From assembly GCA_016935075.1 (NCBI GenBank), contig JAFGRP010000052.1, forward strand, positions 1-40,994: a stretch of 40,994 nucleotides of DNA, given 5' to 3'. Shown here one piece after another: positions 19,588 to 29,190 of the stretch. The notes under the pieces were generated by a model that was not told the origin of the DNA, made no database searches, and saw only the letters and a program-made list of their open reading frames with translations. The position numbers and the translations under genes were made by a program. This DNA comes from Deltaproteobacteria bacterium (GTDB lineage: Bacteria > Desulfobacterota > Syntrophia > Syntrophales > UBA5619). Position 1 is the first letter of the stretch. Each line of letters opens with the position of its first letter.

Positions 19588-19597
19588 AGAATTGAAC

Positions 19598-22153
19598 ATG
19601 GGCGATCCGTCCGCAACATATTCCGGCGATCTTCTTCTCGCCGTCGAAAAGCCCAGCCGCTATACCGGAGGCGAGGTCAATGCCGTCCGGAAGGACCCGG
19701 GGAGCGGCCAACTGCGTTTCGCACTCGCCTTCCCCGACACCTATGAGGTCGGGATGTCCCACCTCGGACTCCAGATCCTCTACGCCGTCCTGAACGGCCG
19801 GCCGGAGGTCGCCTGCGAGCGCTGTTACGCCCCCTGGCCGGACATGGAAGGGGAGTTGCGCCGCCGCCGGCTGCCCCTCTGCTCCCTGGAGTCGCAGCGG
19901 CCGCTCCATGCCTTCGACATCGTCGGATTTTCCCTTCAATACGAGCTCTCCTACACGAACGTTCTCATGATGCTCGAATTGGGCGGGATTCCACTCCGCA
20001 GCGGGGAGCGGGATGAGGCACACCCCCTGGTCATCGCCGGCGGCCCTTCTGCCTTCAACCCCGCTCCGATGAGCGCCTTCATCGACGCCTTCGTCATCGG
20101 CGAGGGAGAGGAGGCGGTCACGGAAATCGCCGACACCGTCACGGCCATCCGGCGCCGGGGCGGGAAGAGACGGGAACAGATCGAGGCCCTGGGCGCGCTC
20201 CGCGGGGTTTACGTTCCGGCCATCCATACCGGAAACGAAAAAATCGGAAAGCGGATCATCACCGATCCGGACGCCTGGCGCCAGCCCCTCTGCCCCGTCG
20301 TCCCCCTGATGAAAACCATCCACGACCGGGTGACCCTGGAGATCGCCAGGGGCTGTACGCGGGGTTGCCGCTTCTGCCAGGCGGGGATGGTCTGGCGACC
20401 GGTCCGCGAACGGACGCCCGCCGTCCTCGAGGAGATGGCCGAGGCGATGCTTCGGGCGACGGGGCACGGCGAGATCTCCCTCCTCTCCCTGAGTTCCGGA
20501 GACTACTCCCGGATCGAACCCCTGCTCACGACGCTCATGGATCGTTATTACACCCGGCGGGTCGCTATCGCGCTCCCATCGCTCCGCGCCGAAACCCTCA
20601 CGCCCCGGCTGATTGAAGGGATCCGGCGGGTCCGGAAGACCAGCTTCACCCTCGCTCCCGAGGCGGGAACACAGCGCCTCCGCGACGTGATCAACAAGGG
20701 GAATACGGAAGAGGAACTCCTCGCCACAACGGAGCGGGTCTTCGCAGCCGGCTGGAAAGCGGTGAAACTCTACTTCATGCTCGGCCTTCCCGGCGAGCGG
20801 GAGGAAGACCTTGAGGGAATCGCCGAACTCGCCCATCGGGCCGTCCGGACGGCAAAGAACCGGGGTCAGATCACGGTCAGCCTTTCAACTTTCGTGCCCA
20901 AGCCCCACACCCCCTTCCAGTGGCAGCGTCAAATCGACATCGGAGAGATCGTCGGCCGGCAGGAATTTTTCAAGGGACGCCTGAAGAACCGGAACATCAG
21001 CGTCAAATGGCATGACGCCCGGATGAGCCTCCTTGAGGGAATCTTCTCCCGCGGGGGGCAGGAGACCGGCGATCTGATTGAGAAGGCCTTCCATCTCGGC
21101 TGCCGCTTCGACGGCTGGAGCGACCGTCTCCGCTTTGACCTTTGGGAAGAGGCGCTCCGCCGGACGGGGATCGTCGCCGGGGCATATCTTCGTGAACGTC
21201 CCCATTCGGATATCTTCCCCTGGGATCGGATCGATTGCGGCGTCAGCCGGGATTTTCTCCTGGCCGAGGCCAAAAAGGCCGAAGGAGGCGAAGCGACGCC
21301 GGACTGCCGGACCGGACCCTGCAGCGATTGCGGAGTCTGCGATCACCGGACGGGGACACGATGCGGCATCGTGTCTCCTGTGATCGCCCCTGCGGACGCA
21401 CCCGTCGGAACCCTTGTCTCCACTTTCGCCGGCCGGGGGGCCGCCGAGAGGCCGGAAAAGGCCTTCCGCCTCCGGTTCACGAAATTGGGCCCGGCCCGGT
21501 TTCTCTCCCATATGGAACTCTCCTCAGCCCTCGGCCGGGCGATGGTCCTGGGCGGGATCTCCTTTGTCTATTCGCAGGGGTTCCATCCCCATCCGCGGAT
21601 CTCTTTTGCCGGGGCAACGGCTGTGGGTATGGAAAGCCGGGGCGAATTCGCGGACATCCGTATCCATGATCCCCAAGCGGCGCTGAATATCCTCATGGCC
21701 CGGATCAATACCGGCCTGCCCTCCGGTGTCGCGGTCACGGCAATGCGGGAACTCACGCTGCATGATTTCTCCCTCACCGAGTTGGTTAAGGGATTCGTTT
21801 ACGATTTGATTCTGCCGGATGGAATCGGCGAGGAAGTTCTGGAACGATTCGAAGCCGATATTTCCCGGTTTCTAGGCATGGAGCGCTTCCCCGTCCACCG
21901 GATGGCGAACGCAAAAACGATCATCAAGGAAATCCGTCCCCTCGTTGCAGACCTCGCCATGGACCGGTCTTCCCGCCGGATCATCCTTTCCGCGCATTGC
22001 GGTCCGGAGGGGACGGTCCGCCCCACCGAGCTTCTGACCGCTCTCTTCGGGCTTTCCCCCGCGGCGGCCCATGGGGTCCGCATTGTCAAGACGGCCACCC
22101 GTCCGGCCGATTTCGCCGGTCCGGACGACCGGAAAATCTTTATGGGGACATGA
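19598..22153 (+). CDS. TIGR03960-family B12-binding radical SAM protein fused to TIGR03936/DUF2344 domain
   Basis: KPSRYTGGE, FPDTYEVGMSHLG, CxxxCxxC (GCTRGCRFCQAG), C-terminal FLSHMEL..YSQGFHPHPRISF; ATG 19598. Confidence 0.92.
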   Translation: MGDPSATYSGDLLLAVEKPSRYTGGEVNAVRKDPGSGQLRFALAFPDTYEVGMSHLGLQILYAVLNGRPEVACERCYAPWPDMEGELRRRRLPLCSLESQRPLHAFDIVGFSLQYELSYTNVLMMLELGGIPLRSGERDEAHPLVIAGGPSAFNPAPMSAFIDAFVIGEGEEAVTEIADTVTAIRRRGGKRREQIEALGALRGVYVPAIHTGNEKIGKRIITDPDAWRQPLCPVVPLMKTIHDRVTLEIARGCTRGCRFCQAGMVWRPVRERTPAVLEEMAEAMLRATGHGEISLLSLSSGDYSRIEPLLTTLMDRYYTRRVAIALPSLRAETLTPRLIEGIRRVRKTSFTLAPEAGTQRLRDVINKGNTEEELLATTERVFAAGWKAVKLYFMLGLPGEREEDLEGIAELAHRAVRTAKNRGQITVSLSTFVPKPHTPFQWQRQIDIGEIVGRQEFFKGRLKNRNISVKWHDARMSLLEGIFSRGGQETGDLIEKAFHLGCRFDGWSDRLRFDLWEEALRRTGIVAGAYLRERPHSDIFPWDRIDCGVSRDFLLAEAKKAEGGEATPDCRTGPCSDCGVCDHRTGTRCGIVSPVIAPADAPVGTLVSTFAGRGAAERPEKAFRLRFTKLGPARFLSHMELSSALGRAMVLGGISFVYSQGFHPHPRISFAGATAVGMESRGEFADIRIHDPQAALNILMARINTGLPSGVAVTAMRELTLHDFSLTELVKGFVYDLILPDGIGEEVLERFEADISRFLGMERFPVHRMANAKTIIKEIRPLVADLAMDRSSRRIILSAHCGPEGTVRPTELLTALFGLSPAAAHGVRIVKTATRPADFAGPDDRKIFMGT
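21352..21378. repeat. 27-bp palindromic element (copy 2, in-frame inside radical SAM CDS)
   Basis: GGGGACACGATGCGGCATCGTGTCTCC, encoding GTRCGIVSP. Confidence 0.85.
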
Positions 22154-22195
22154 TGCCGCATCGTGTCCCCACCGATGATGCCGCATCGTGTCCCC
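22144..22195. repeat. 27-bp palindromic element (copy 3) plus partial tandem copy
   Basis: GGGGACATGATGCCGCATCGTGTCCCC (22144-22170), then TGATGCCGCATCGTGTCCCC (22176-22195); contains the radical SAM stop codon. Confidence 0.85.
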
Positions 22196-22210
22196 ACTCT
22201 ATAAATTTAC

Positions 22211-22240
22211 TTGACAAATGCACCCTGCTTTCGTTATGGT
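22211..22240 (+). promoter_or_regulatory. sigma70 promoter for rplU-rpmA
   Basis: TTGACA, 18 nt, TATGGT. Confidence 0.55.
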
Positions 22241-22273
22241 GCGAATCCAAAATTTTTTAGAAGGATATAAACC

Positions 22274-22585
22274 ATGTACGCAGTCATTAAAACGGGCGGT
22301 AAACAGCACAGGGTCTCCGTCGGAGATGTGATCGCCATCGAAAAGATCAGCGGCGACAAAGGGGAAGCGGTCGTTTTTGACCGGGTCCTGATGGTCGAGA
22401 AAGAGGGCGACATCCGGGTCGGGAGGCCCGTCGTCGAGGGCGCGAAGGTGGTCGGCGAGATTCTCGCCCAGACCCGAGGCGACAAACTTACCGTGTACAA
22501 GACGAAAAAAAGGAAAGGTTACCATAAAAAGACCGGTCACCGCCAGCTGTTGACCAGCATGAAGATCAGGGAAATATCCATTTAA
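22274..22585 (+). CDS. rplU: 50S ribosomal protein L21
   Basis: [14 protein letters not shown]...[14 protein letters not shown]. Confidence 0.98.
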   Translation: MYAVIKTGGKQHRVSVGDVIAIEKISGDKGEAVVFDRVLMVEKEGDIRVGRPVVEGAKVVGEILAQTRGDKLTVYKTKKRKGYHKKTGHRQLLTSMKIREISI

Positions 22586-22597
22586 GCGGAGGGCATT

Positions 22598-22855
22598 ATG
22601 GCACACAAGAAGGGACAGGGAAGCTCCCGGAATGGAAGAGACAGCAATTCCCAGCGGCGGGGCGTCAAGGCATTCGGCGGCGAGAAGATCAGCGCCGGTT
22701 CCATTATCGTTCGTCAGGTCGGCACCGTATTTCATCCCGGGAACAACGTCGGGCTTGGGAAAGACTATACCATTTTTTCGAAGATCGACGGCTTCGTGAA
22801 ATTCGAGCGACTCGATAAGAAGCGGAAGAAGGTCAGCGTCTACGCCGCGGCGTAG
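22598..22855 (+). CDS. rpmA: 50S ribosomal protein L27
   Basis: [16 protein letters not shown]. Confidence 0.98.
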   Translation: MAHKKGQGSSRNGRDSNSQRRGVKAFGGEKISAGSIIVRQVGTVFHPGNNVGLGKDYTIFSKIDGFVKFERLDKKRKKVSVYAAA

Positions 22856-23045
22856 GCATCTTTTCCAATCGATATTCTCCAAACAGGTCTTCATCCTGGT
22901 GACGGGCCGGCAGGCGATATGGCGCAACCGCCGAGCGGTCCTCCTGCCCTTCAGGAAGGCGGGCATCGGCTCTTACCCCGCGGCAACCTGATGACATCCC
23001 CCGTCCCTCCGCTCCCCCCGCAAGAAAAAGGCATAGGCAATTCTC

Positions 23046-24059
23046 ATGAAATTCATCGATGAGGCGAAGATTTACGTCAAAGCGGGCGACGGCGGGCGCG
23101 GTTGCGTCAGCTTCCGGCGGGAGAAGTTCATCCCCCGCGGGGGACCGGACGGCGGCGACGGCGGCCATGGGGGAGATGTCATCATCCGCGCATCCCTCGG
23201 CCGGCGAACCCTCCTCGATCTCAAATACCGCCAGCACCACGTGGCAAAACACGGCGGCCACGGCGAAGGGAGCAGGCGGACGGGAAAGGACTCCCGGGAC
23301 GTGGAGATTGTCGTCCCGGTAGGCACCGTCGTCCGGGATGCGGAAACGGGTGAACTCCTCTCTGATCTGGCCGCCGATGGGGCCTCCCTGATCGTCGCCA
23401 AGGGGGGCATGGGCGGCCGCGGCAACGCAAGGTTCGCCACGGCCACCCGTCAGACCCCGCGTTTCGCCCAGCCCGGCATCCCGGGCGAGGAGCGCTGGAT
23501 CACGCTCGAACTCAAGCTCCTGGCCGATGTGGGAATCGTCGGTCTCCCGAACGTCGGCAAATCGACCTTCATCTCCCGTATCTCCGCCGCCCGTCCCAAG
23601 ATCGCGGATTACCCCTTTACGACACTCGTCCCCCATCTCGGCATGGTCCGATACGGGGAGCACGAATCATTCGTGATCGCCGACATCCCGGGGCTGATCG
23701 AAGGGGCGCACGAGGGGATGGGGATGGGCATGCAGTTCCTGCGCCACGTTGAGCGGACCTCCGTTCTGCTCCATATCATCGACGTCTCACCTGAATCCCA
23801 CGAAGGCGCCTGGCATGACTACGAACTGATCAACCGCGAGCTGGAACTCTTCAGCGCCGATATGCTGAAGAAACAACAGGTCGTGGCAATCGGTAAACTC
23901 GATCTCCCCGCAACCCGGAAAGGGTGGAAGGATGCTGTTGACATCTTTGCACAAAAAGGAATAGAATTATTTGCCTTTTCATCTGTAACGGGAGAAGGGG
24001 TCCCGGAGGTGCTCCGGGAGCTCATCACGCTGATCTCCCCTCAGGCCGCGGAGACGTGA
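23046..24059 (+). CDS. obgE: GTPase ObgE/CgtA
   Basis: FIDEAKIYVKAGDGG, GGPDGGDGG, GLPNVGKST, YPFTTL, DIPGL. Confidence 0.97.
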   Translation: MKFIDEAKIYVKAGDGGRGCVSFRREKFIPRGGPDGGDGGHGGDVIIRASLGRRTLLDLKYRQHHVAKHGGHGEGSRRTGKDSRDVEIVVPVGTVVRDAETGELLSDLAADGASLIVAKGGMGGRGNARFATATRQTPRFAQPGIPGEERWITLELKLLADVGIVGLPNVGKSTFISRISAARPKIADYPFTTLVPHLGMVRYGEHESFVIADIPGLIEGAHEGMGMGMQFLRHVERTSVLLHIIDVSPESHEGAWHDYELINRELELFSADMLKKQQVVAIGKLDLPATRKGWKDAVDIFAQKGIELFAFSSVTGEGVPEVLRELITLISPQAAET

Positions 24060-24096
24060 TGCGGCCTGCGGGGACATGATGCGGCATCATGTCCCC
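24050..24096. repeat. partial plus full 27-bp palindromic element (copy 4)
   Basis: GGAGACGTGATGCGGC (24050-24065, contains obgE stop), then GGGGACATGATGCGGCATCATGTCCCC (24070-24096). Confidence 0.85.
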
Positions 24097-24139
24097 GAAA
24101 TGCAGACAAACGCAAGGCGTCGCCGGAGGGGAGGCGATT

Positions 24140-25288
24140 ATGACACGCAAAGAGCAACTCGCAAACGTCCGGAGGATCCTGGTCAAGGTCGGCAGCGCCG
24201 TTCTGACGGGCGAGGACGGCCTCGACCTCAACATCATCGAGCAACTGGTGGGCGACATCGCGGCCCTGCGCGAGCGGGGGTGCCAGGTCGTCCTGGTCAG
24301 TTCCGGCGCCATCGCCTCCGGGAAACACCGGATGGGAATCGAATGCAAACTCAAGAGTATCCCCCAGAAACAGGCAGCGGCCGCCGTCGGCCAGGGGAGG
24401 CTGATGCGGGTCTACTCCAACGCCTTCGGGAAACACGGTCTTTTTGTCGGCCAGGTTCTCCTGACGATGAGCGACATCACCGACCGCAAGCGTTTTCTGA
24501 ACATCCGCAACACCCTCTTCACCCTGTTGGAGTGGGGGGTCATCACGATCATCAACGAAAACGACACGGTGGCCGTCGATGAAATCAAGTTCGGCGACAA
24601 CGACAATCTGGCCGCGATGGTGGCCAATATCTGCGAGGCGCACCTCGTCATCAACCTGACGAGCACGGAAGGACTCTACGACCGGAACCCGGCCGAATCC
24701 AAGAAGGCTAAACTCATTCCCCTGGTCGTGGAAATCACCCCCGAAATCGAGGCCGCCGCAACCGAGGAGGCCACATCCGTCGGGATGGGCGGCATGAAGA
24801 GCAAGGTCCAGGCCGCGAAAAAGGTCACCGCCTCGGGCATCCCATACATCATCGCCCCCGGACGGCGCGCCGGTGTCCTTCAGGAAATCATGGACGGAAA
24901 GGAGACAGGCACCCTCTTCCTTCCGCCGGCGGAACACCTGAACAGCCGGAAATACTGGATCGCCTTCACACTGCGTTCCCGGGGCCGACTCTTCATCGAC
25001 GACGGCGCCAAAGAGGCCCTGATTGGGGACGGCAAGAGCCTGTTGCCCTCCGGCGTGACACAGGTCGAGGGGGATTTCGCCCCCGGGGATCCGGTTACCT
25101 GCGTGGATGCGGCGGGAAACGCGATCGCCAAGGGGCTGGTCAACTACAGTGCCGACGAGATCCGGAAAATCATGGGGCTCAAAAGCTCGCGCATCGAACA
25201 GGTCCTCGGCTACAAGGATTACGACGAGGTGATCCACCGGGACAACCTGGCCGTCACGGCACTGCAAGGCGGAAAGCCGACAACCTGA
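24140..25288 (+). CDS. proB: glutamate 5-kinase
   Basis: VKVGS, VSSGA, INENDTV, FGDNDNL, C-terminal PUA domain; ATG 24140 with GGAGG RBS. Confidence 0.96.
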   Translation: MTRKEQLANVRRILVKVGSAVLTGEDGLDLNIIEQLVGDIAALRERGCQVVLVSSGAIASGKHRMGIECKLKSIPQKQAAAAVGQGRLMRVYSNAFGKHGLFVGQVLLTMSDITDRKRFLNIRNTLFTLLEWGVITIINENDTVAVDEIKFGDNDNLAAMVANICEAHLVINLTSTEGLYDRNPAESKKAKLIPLVVEITPEIEAAATEEATSVGMGGMKSKVQAAKKVTASGIPYIIAPGRRAGVLQEIMDGKETGTLFLPPAEHLNSRKYWIAFTLRSRGRLFIDDGAKEALIGDGKSLLPSGVTQVEGDFAPGDPVTCVDAAGNAIAKGLVNYSADEIRKIMGLKSSRIEQVLGYKDYDEVIHRDNLAVTALQGGKPTT

Positions 25289-25343
25289 TTTCGGGCAGTC
25301 TGCGTGCGCTGTGCGGCCGCCGGGTTGAGAAAGTCGAAGAACA

Positions 25344-26057
25344 ATGGAAAGCGTTATCCTGGATCCCCTGGAATATCGAATCGATCGACCGTCCCTGCTG
25401 GCCGGGCTGCGCCTGAAAGAAGGCAGCGGACACGCGGAAACGGTCGAAGGATTGATCCGGGAGGCGCAGGCGGTCGCCCATCCCCGGGCGATCTACCGGA
25501 TGGCCTTCATCGAGTCGCGGGGCGATCGGCATGTGGTGGCCGAAGAACTCAGGTTTGAAAGCCGCATCCTGAGGGTGAATCTCGAAAACCTTCACCGTTT
25601 TTTTGCCTTCGCGGTCACATCGGGCCGTGAATTGGAAGCCTGGGCGAACGCCAAGACCGATCTTCTGGAACGATTCTGGGCGGATGCAATCGATCAGGCC
25701 GTGCTGACCTCCGCATGCCTGTTCCTGGACCGGCATCTGCAGGAACGCTACGGCCTGGCAAAAACGGCGCACATGAGTCCGGGCTCGTTGCCGGACTGGC
25801 CCCTGGAGGAGCAACGGGCCCTTTTCGACCTTCTGGGAGACAACCGAAAAATCATCGGCATAGAGCTGACGGAGAGTCTGCTCATGGTGCCCGTAAAATC
25901 CCTCTCGGGCATTGTCTTTACAAACGAGGACGGATTTGCCAGTTGCCGGCTCTGCCCGCGCAAAGGCTGCCCCGGTCGGAGGGTTTCATACGATCCGGAA
26001 CTCTACGACAAGAAATACCGGGATCCGTCGCCGACTTCTCACCCGGTGCAATCATAA
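25344..26057 (+). CDS. vitamin B12-dependent methionine synthase activation-domain-like protein
   Basis: MSPGSLPDWPLEEQRALF, IGIELTESLLMVPVKSLSGI, C-terminal CxxCxxxxC. Confidence 0.82.
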   Translation: MESVILDPLEYRIDRPSLLAGLRLKEGSGHAETVEGLIREAQAVAHPRAIYRMAFIESRGDRHVVAEELRFESRILRVNLENLHRFFAFAVTSGRELEAWANAKTDLLERFWADAIDQAVLTSACLFLDRHLQERYGLAKTAHMSPGSLPDWPLEEQRALFDLLGDNRKIIGIELTESLLMVPVKSLSGIVFTNEDGFASCRLCPRKGCPGRRVSYDPELYDKKYRDPSPTSHPVQS

Positions 26058-26205
26058 CGATCTCGTTAAAGGGTTTTAAAATCGCAGAAGATCCACCCCT
26101 CGAACGAAAAAGGAATATCCGGATTAAGGGAAAATCCTGTTGACATTTTGACAAACATAGATGATCGTGGCGTAAATATGGATCAAATGGGAAAATTCCA
26201 TTAAT

Positions 26206-26222
26206 GACGACCTCGTAAAAAA
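26206..26222. mobile_element. orphan end of the same MITE family as 19424-19587
   Basis: GACGACCTCGTAAAAAA is 16/17 identical to the reverse complement of 19571-19587; no clear partner end. Confidence 0.45.
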
Positions 26223-26433
26223 CCCTCATGCCACCGTGGCGGCACCACGAAGCATGAAAATAGGCTTTATTGCTTTTTTCGCTCTATTTTCATAATAAAC
26301 GATTATCGATTTACCCTATGAAGGCGGTTATCACTTGCAGAGCAAATTATTCTTTAGAGTGGCTTTGATCCTCTTAATCGCCTGGCCCCTGGGTATAGCG
26401 TTTGCCGGGGATGCGCACGTAAGGAGGTCCTCC

Positions 26434-27366
26434 ATGCAAACATTGCCCGTCATCTCCAAGGTCCTTCGAACGCCGGAGGAACGCTTTGCGAATCTGCCCG
26501 ATTTCCCATATATCCCTCATTACACCGAGGTGGGCGGGCTGCGCATCGCTCACATCGACGAGGGTCCGCGCACCGCGCCGCCTGTGCTGCTGATGCACGG
26601 CGAACCGACGTGGTCGTTTCTGTACCGCAAGATGATCCCTGTGCTGGTTGCTTCCGGCTTTCGTGTGATTGTTCCCGATCTGGTCGGCTTCGGACGCTCC
26701 GACAAGCCCGCCGACAAGGCGGACTATTCGTACCGGAACCAAGTCTTGTGGATGACGGAATGGATTGAGATGAACGACCTGCAGCGCCTGACGCTGTTCT
26801 GCCAGGACTGGGGGTCGCTCATCGGCCTGCGCATGGCTGCCGAGGCGCCGGACCGGTTCGATCGCATCGTGCTGGCCAATGGAGGGTTGCCGACGGGGAC
26901 CATGCCGATGCCGGCTGCTTTCAGGATCTGGCGAGCCTTCGCACGTTACAGCCCGTGGTTTCCGATCGGCCGGATCGTCAAGGCCGGCTGCGTCAACGGG
27001 CTGAGCCCCCGGGAGGTTGCCGCCTATGACGCGCCGTTTCCGTCGGCCGAGTATCTTGTTGCGGCGCGTCTGTTTCCGGGCTTCGTGCCGATCACCCCGG
27101 ACGATCCCGAGCGGCAAAACAACGAGCGTGCCTGGGAACTGTTCAAACGCTGGGACAAACCCTTCCTGACGCTGTTCAGCGACGGTGACCCGGTGACCCG
27201 CGGCGGCCAGGGAATCTGGCAGGAGCTGGTCCCGGGCGCTCAGGGACAACCCCATGCGGTGATACGCGACGCCGGGCATTTTTTGCAGGAGGACAAAGGC
27301 GCCGAGATTGCGCAGGCGATCGTCGCCTTTATAAAGGCCACCCCGGTGGACGAGAGGAAAATATGA
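26434..27366 (+). CDS. haloalkane dehalogenase (HLD-I / DhmA-like alpha/beta hydrolase)
   Basis: LRTPEERFANLPDF, HGEPTWSFLYRKM, QDWG nucleophile, FSDGDPV, AGHFLQED; AAGGAGG RBS before ATG 26434; alternative TTG start at 26335. Confidence 0.9.
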   Translation: MQTLPVISKVLRTPEERFANLPDFPYIPHYTEVGGLRIAHIDEGPRTAPPVLLMHGEPTWSFLYRKMIPVLVASGFRVIVPDLVGFGRSDKPADKADYSYRNQVLWMTEWIEMNDLQRLTLFCQDWGSLIGLRMAAEAPDRFDRIVLANGGLPTGTMPMPAAFRIWRAFARYSPWFPIGRIVKAGCVNGLSPREVAAYDAPFPSAEYLVAARLFPGFVPITPDDPERQNNERAWELFKRWDKPFLTLFSDGDPVTRGGQGIWQELVPGAQGQPHAVIRDAGHFLQEDKGAEIAQAIVAFIKATPVDERKI

Positions 27367-28559
27367 AACGAAGGGATTTTTTAAAGGGAATTGCAGGCCT
27401 GTCCGCCCTGGCCGTCAGCCCTTACAGCAGCAATAGTTACGGCGCCTCTCAGGAGCCACAGGAAGCCAAACCGCTTCCGACGGATCGGCAGGCCCTGGTA
27501 TCACTGGCGGGAGTGAGCCGGGGGGGGTCCGAAGAGGCGTTCAAGGCAGCCGTTCGGGAATCGGCCTCGGAAGCCACCGATTTTTCCTGGCTGTCGAAGG
27601 GTGATTCCCTGTTCATCAAACCGGCCTTGAATTCAGGTGTACCCTACCCGTCCACCACCAGTCCACTTGCCATCGCCGCCATGGTCGAACTCCTGAGGGA
27701 TAAAGGGGCGTCCCGGGTGATTGTGGGCGATATGTGCGGCATCGAACACGTGAAGCTCTCCCCGGATGGCCTTACCGGGAGTTCGCGCCGGCTGATGGAG
27801 GCTTCGGGCATGGCGAAGGCAGCTCAGGCAGCCGGGGCGGAGCTCCATTTTTTTGAGGAAGCCGGATGGGATGCCTTTTATGAAGACCCGATGGCCTCCG
27901 GCGCTCACTGGAAGCGCGGCCTGATGATGCCGCGAATCCTCAAGGAGGTCGATCACATCATCCTCATGCCCCGATGCGCCCGGCATGTCCTGGCCGGCAG
28001 CACACTGGGGCTGAAGGCGGCGGTAGGTTACTGGCGCACCGATACGCGCCTGGAATACCATCGGGATGCCGCCACCTTTCATGAAAAGACGGCCGAATCC
28101 AACACCGTTGAAACCCTGCTCAAGAAGCAGCGGCTCATTCTTTCCGCCGCCGACAAAATCCTCACCACCTTCGGTCCCGACGATGGATACGTCCATCAAC
28201 CTGAAATCGGCCTGGTCATCGCGTCAGAGTCCGTCGTCGCCCATGACATGGTGTCGCTGGCGTGGCTTTTGGAAAACAGGCGGCGCATCCCGGCGGAGAA
28301 GCAGGATGGATTTATTGATCACAGTCCCCTGGTGGCCAGCATTGCCAATGATTGGGTTGTTTTCAAGCTGGGGGGATTGAAAGCGGCGATCGCTTCAGAC
28401 AAGCTGATTAAAAACGACATCAAGACCGTCTGGGATGATCGGGTTCTCAATCATGCCTACACAATCTTCGGCGGTACGCCAAAGGTGGCCATTCAAGCGG
28501 CGAATGGAATGCTCTCCGATGCGTTGAAAAAGAGTCTGACCGGGATGATCATGGTTTGA
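27363..28559 (+). CDS. Tat-exported DUF362-domain protein
   Basis: MKRRDFLK twin-arginine signal; FIKPALN..P.TT.P, HVLAGSTLGLK motifs; ATGA overlap with upstream gene. Confidence 0.8.
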   Translation: MKRRDFLKGIAGLSALAVSPYSSNSYGASQEPQEAKPLPTDRQALVSLAGVSRGGSEEAFKAAVRESASEATDFSWLSKGDSLFIKPALNSGVPYPSTTSPLAIAAMVELLRDKGASRVIVGDMCGIEHVKLSPDGLTGSSRRLMEASGMAKAAQAAGAELHFFEEAGWDAFYEDPMASGAHWKRGLMMPRILKEVDHIILMPRCARHVLAGSTLGLKAAVGYWRTDTRLEYHRDAATFHEKTAESNTVETLLKKQRLILSAADKILTTFGPDDGYVHQPEIGLVIASESVVAHDMVSLAWLLENRRRIPAEKQDGFIDHSPLVASIANDWVVFKLGGLKAAIASDKLIKNDIKTVWDDRVLNHAYTIFGGTPKVAIQAANGMLSDALKKSLTGMIMV

Positions 28560-28601
28560 CGGGACCAGGGAAAGGCGGGGCATGAAGAGATCTCCGGCAA
28601 G

Positions 28602-29165
28602 CTAAAGGATATATTCGGAAAAGACCCGCCCCCTGGAATCGAAGCGGACCCCTTCCATCTCCAGAAGCGCCCTCTTCATCGGCAGGCCGCCGCCGAAGCC
28701 GCCGAGCGCGCCGTCGCTCCGGATCACGCGGTGACAGGGGATCACAAGGGAGAAAGGATTCCCGGCCATGGCGTTCCCCACAGCCCTCGCGCCACCATGC
28801 ACACCCAGCGCCGTCGCGAGCCCGCCGTATGTGACGACGCGTCCCCGCGGGATCTCCCGGCACGCGATCAGCGTGCGCCTCACAAAATCCTGCATCCCGT
28901 CGAGATCGAGTTCAACGGCGGAGAAGTCCACCTCCGCCCCGCGAAGAAAGGTTGAAAGCAGCCGGGGGAATTCTCCCGCTGCGGTTGCCGGCAGGGCGCC
29001 GCGAAATTCCTGCCGGATCCGGTCCGCCATCGAAACGCCCTCCTCCGGAAGGAGGATCCGCCGGATCCGGGAACAACGATCGGCGTATGTTACGATGCCG
29101 ATCTCGCCGAATGTCCAGGGAATGAGGTCATAGGTGTAAGAAACTTTTTCCCGATCCATGATCAT
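28602..29165 (-). CDS. ogt: methylated-DNA--protein-cysteine methyltransferase
   Basis: IPRGRVVTYG, ARAVGNA, IPCHRV active site. Confidence 0.92.
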   Translation of the reverse strand: MIMDREKVSYTYDLIPWTFGEIGIVTYADRCSRIRRILLPEEGVSMADRIRQEFRGALPATAAGEFPRLLSTFLRGAEVDFSAVELDLDGMQDFVRRTLIACREIPRGRVVTYGGLATALGVHGGARAVGNAMAGNPFSLVIPCHRVIRSDGALGGFGGGLPMKRALLEMEGVRFDSRGRVFSEYIL

Positions 29166-29190
29166 ACCTTCCTTTCCGGCAACAGTACCG

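Noticed and set aside
22144-22195. CRISPR mini-array
   Set aside because: Repeats are adjacent or dispersed, with no regular unique spacers and no cas genes
22890-22960. Structured ncRNA between rpmA and obgE
   Set aside because: Only an imperfect GC-rich stem that could arise by chance; no family motif recognised
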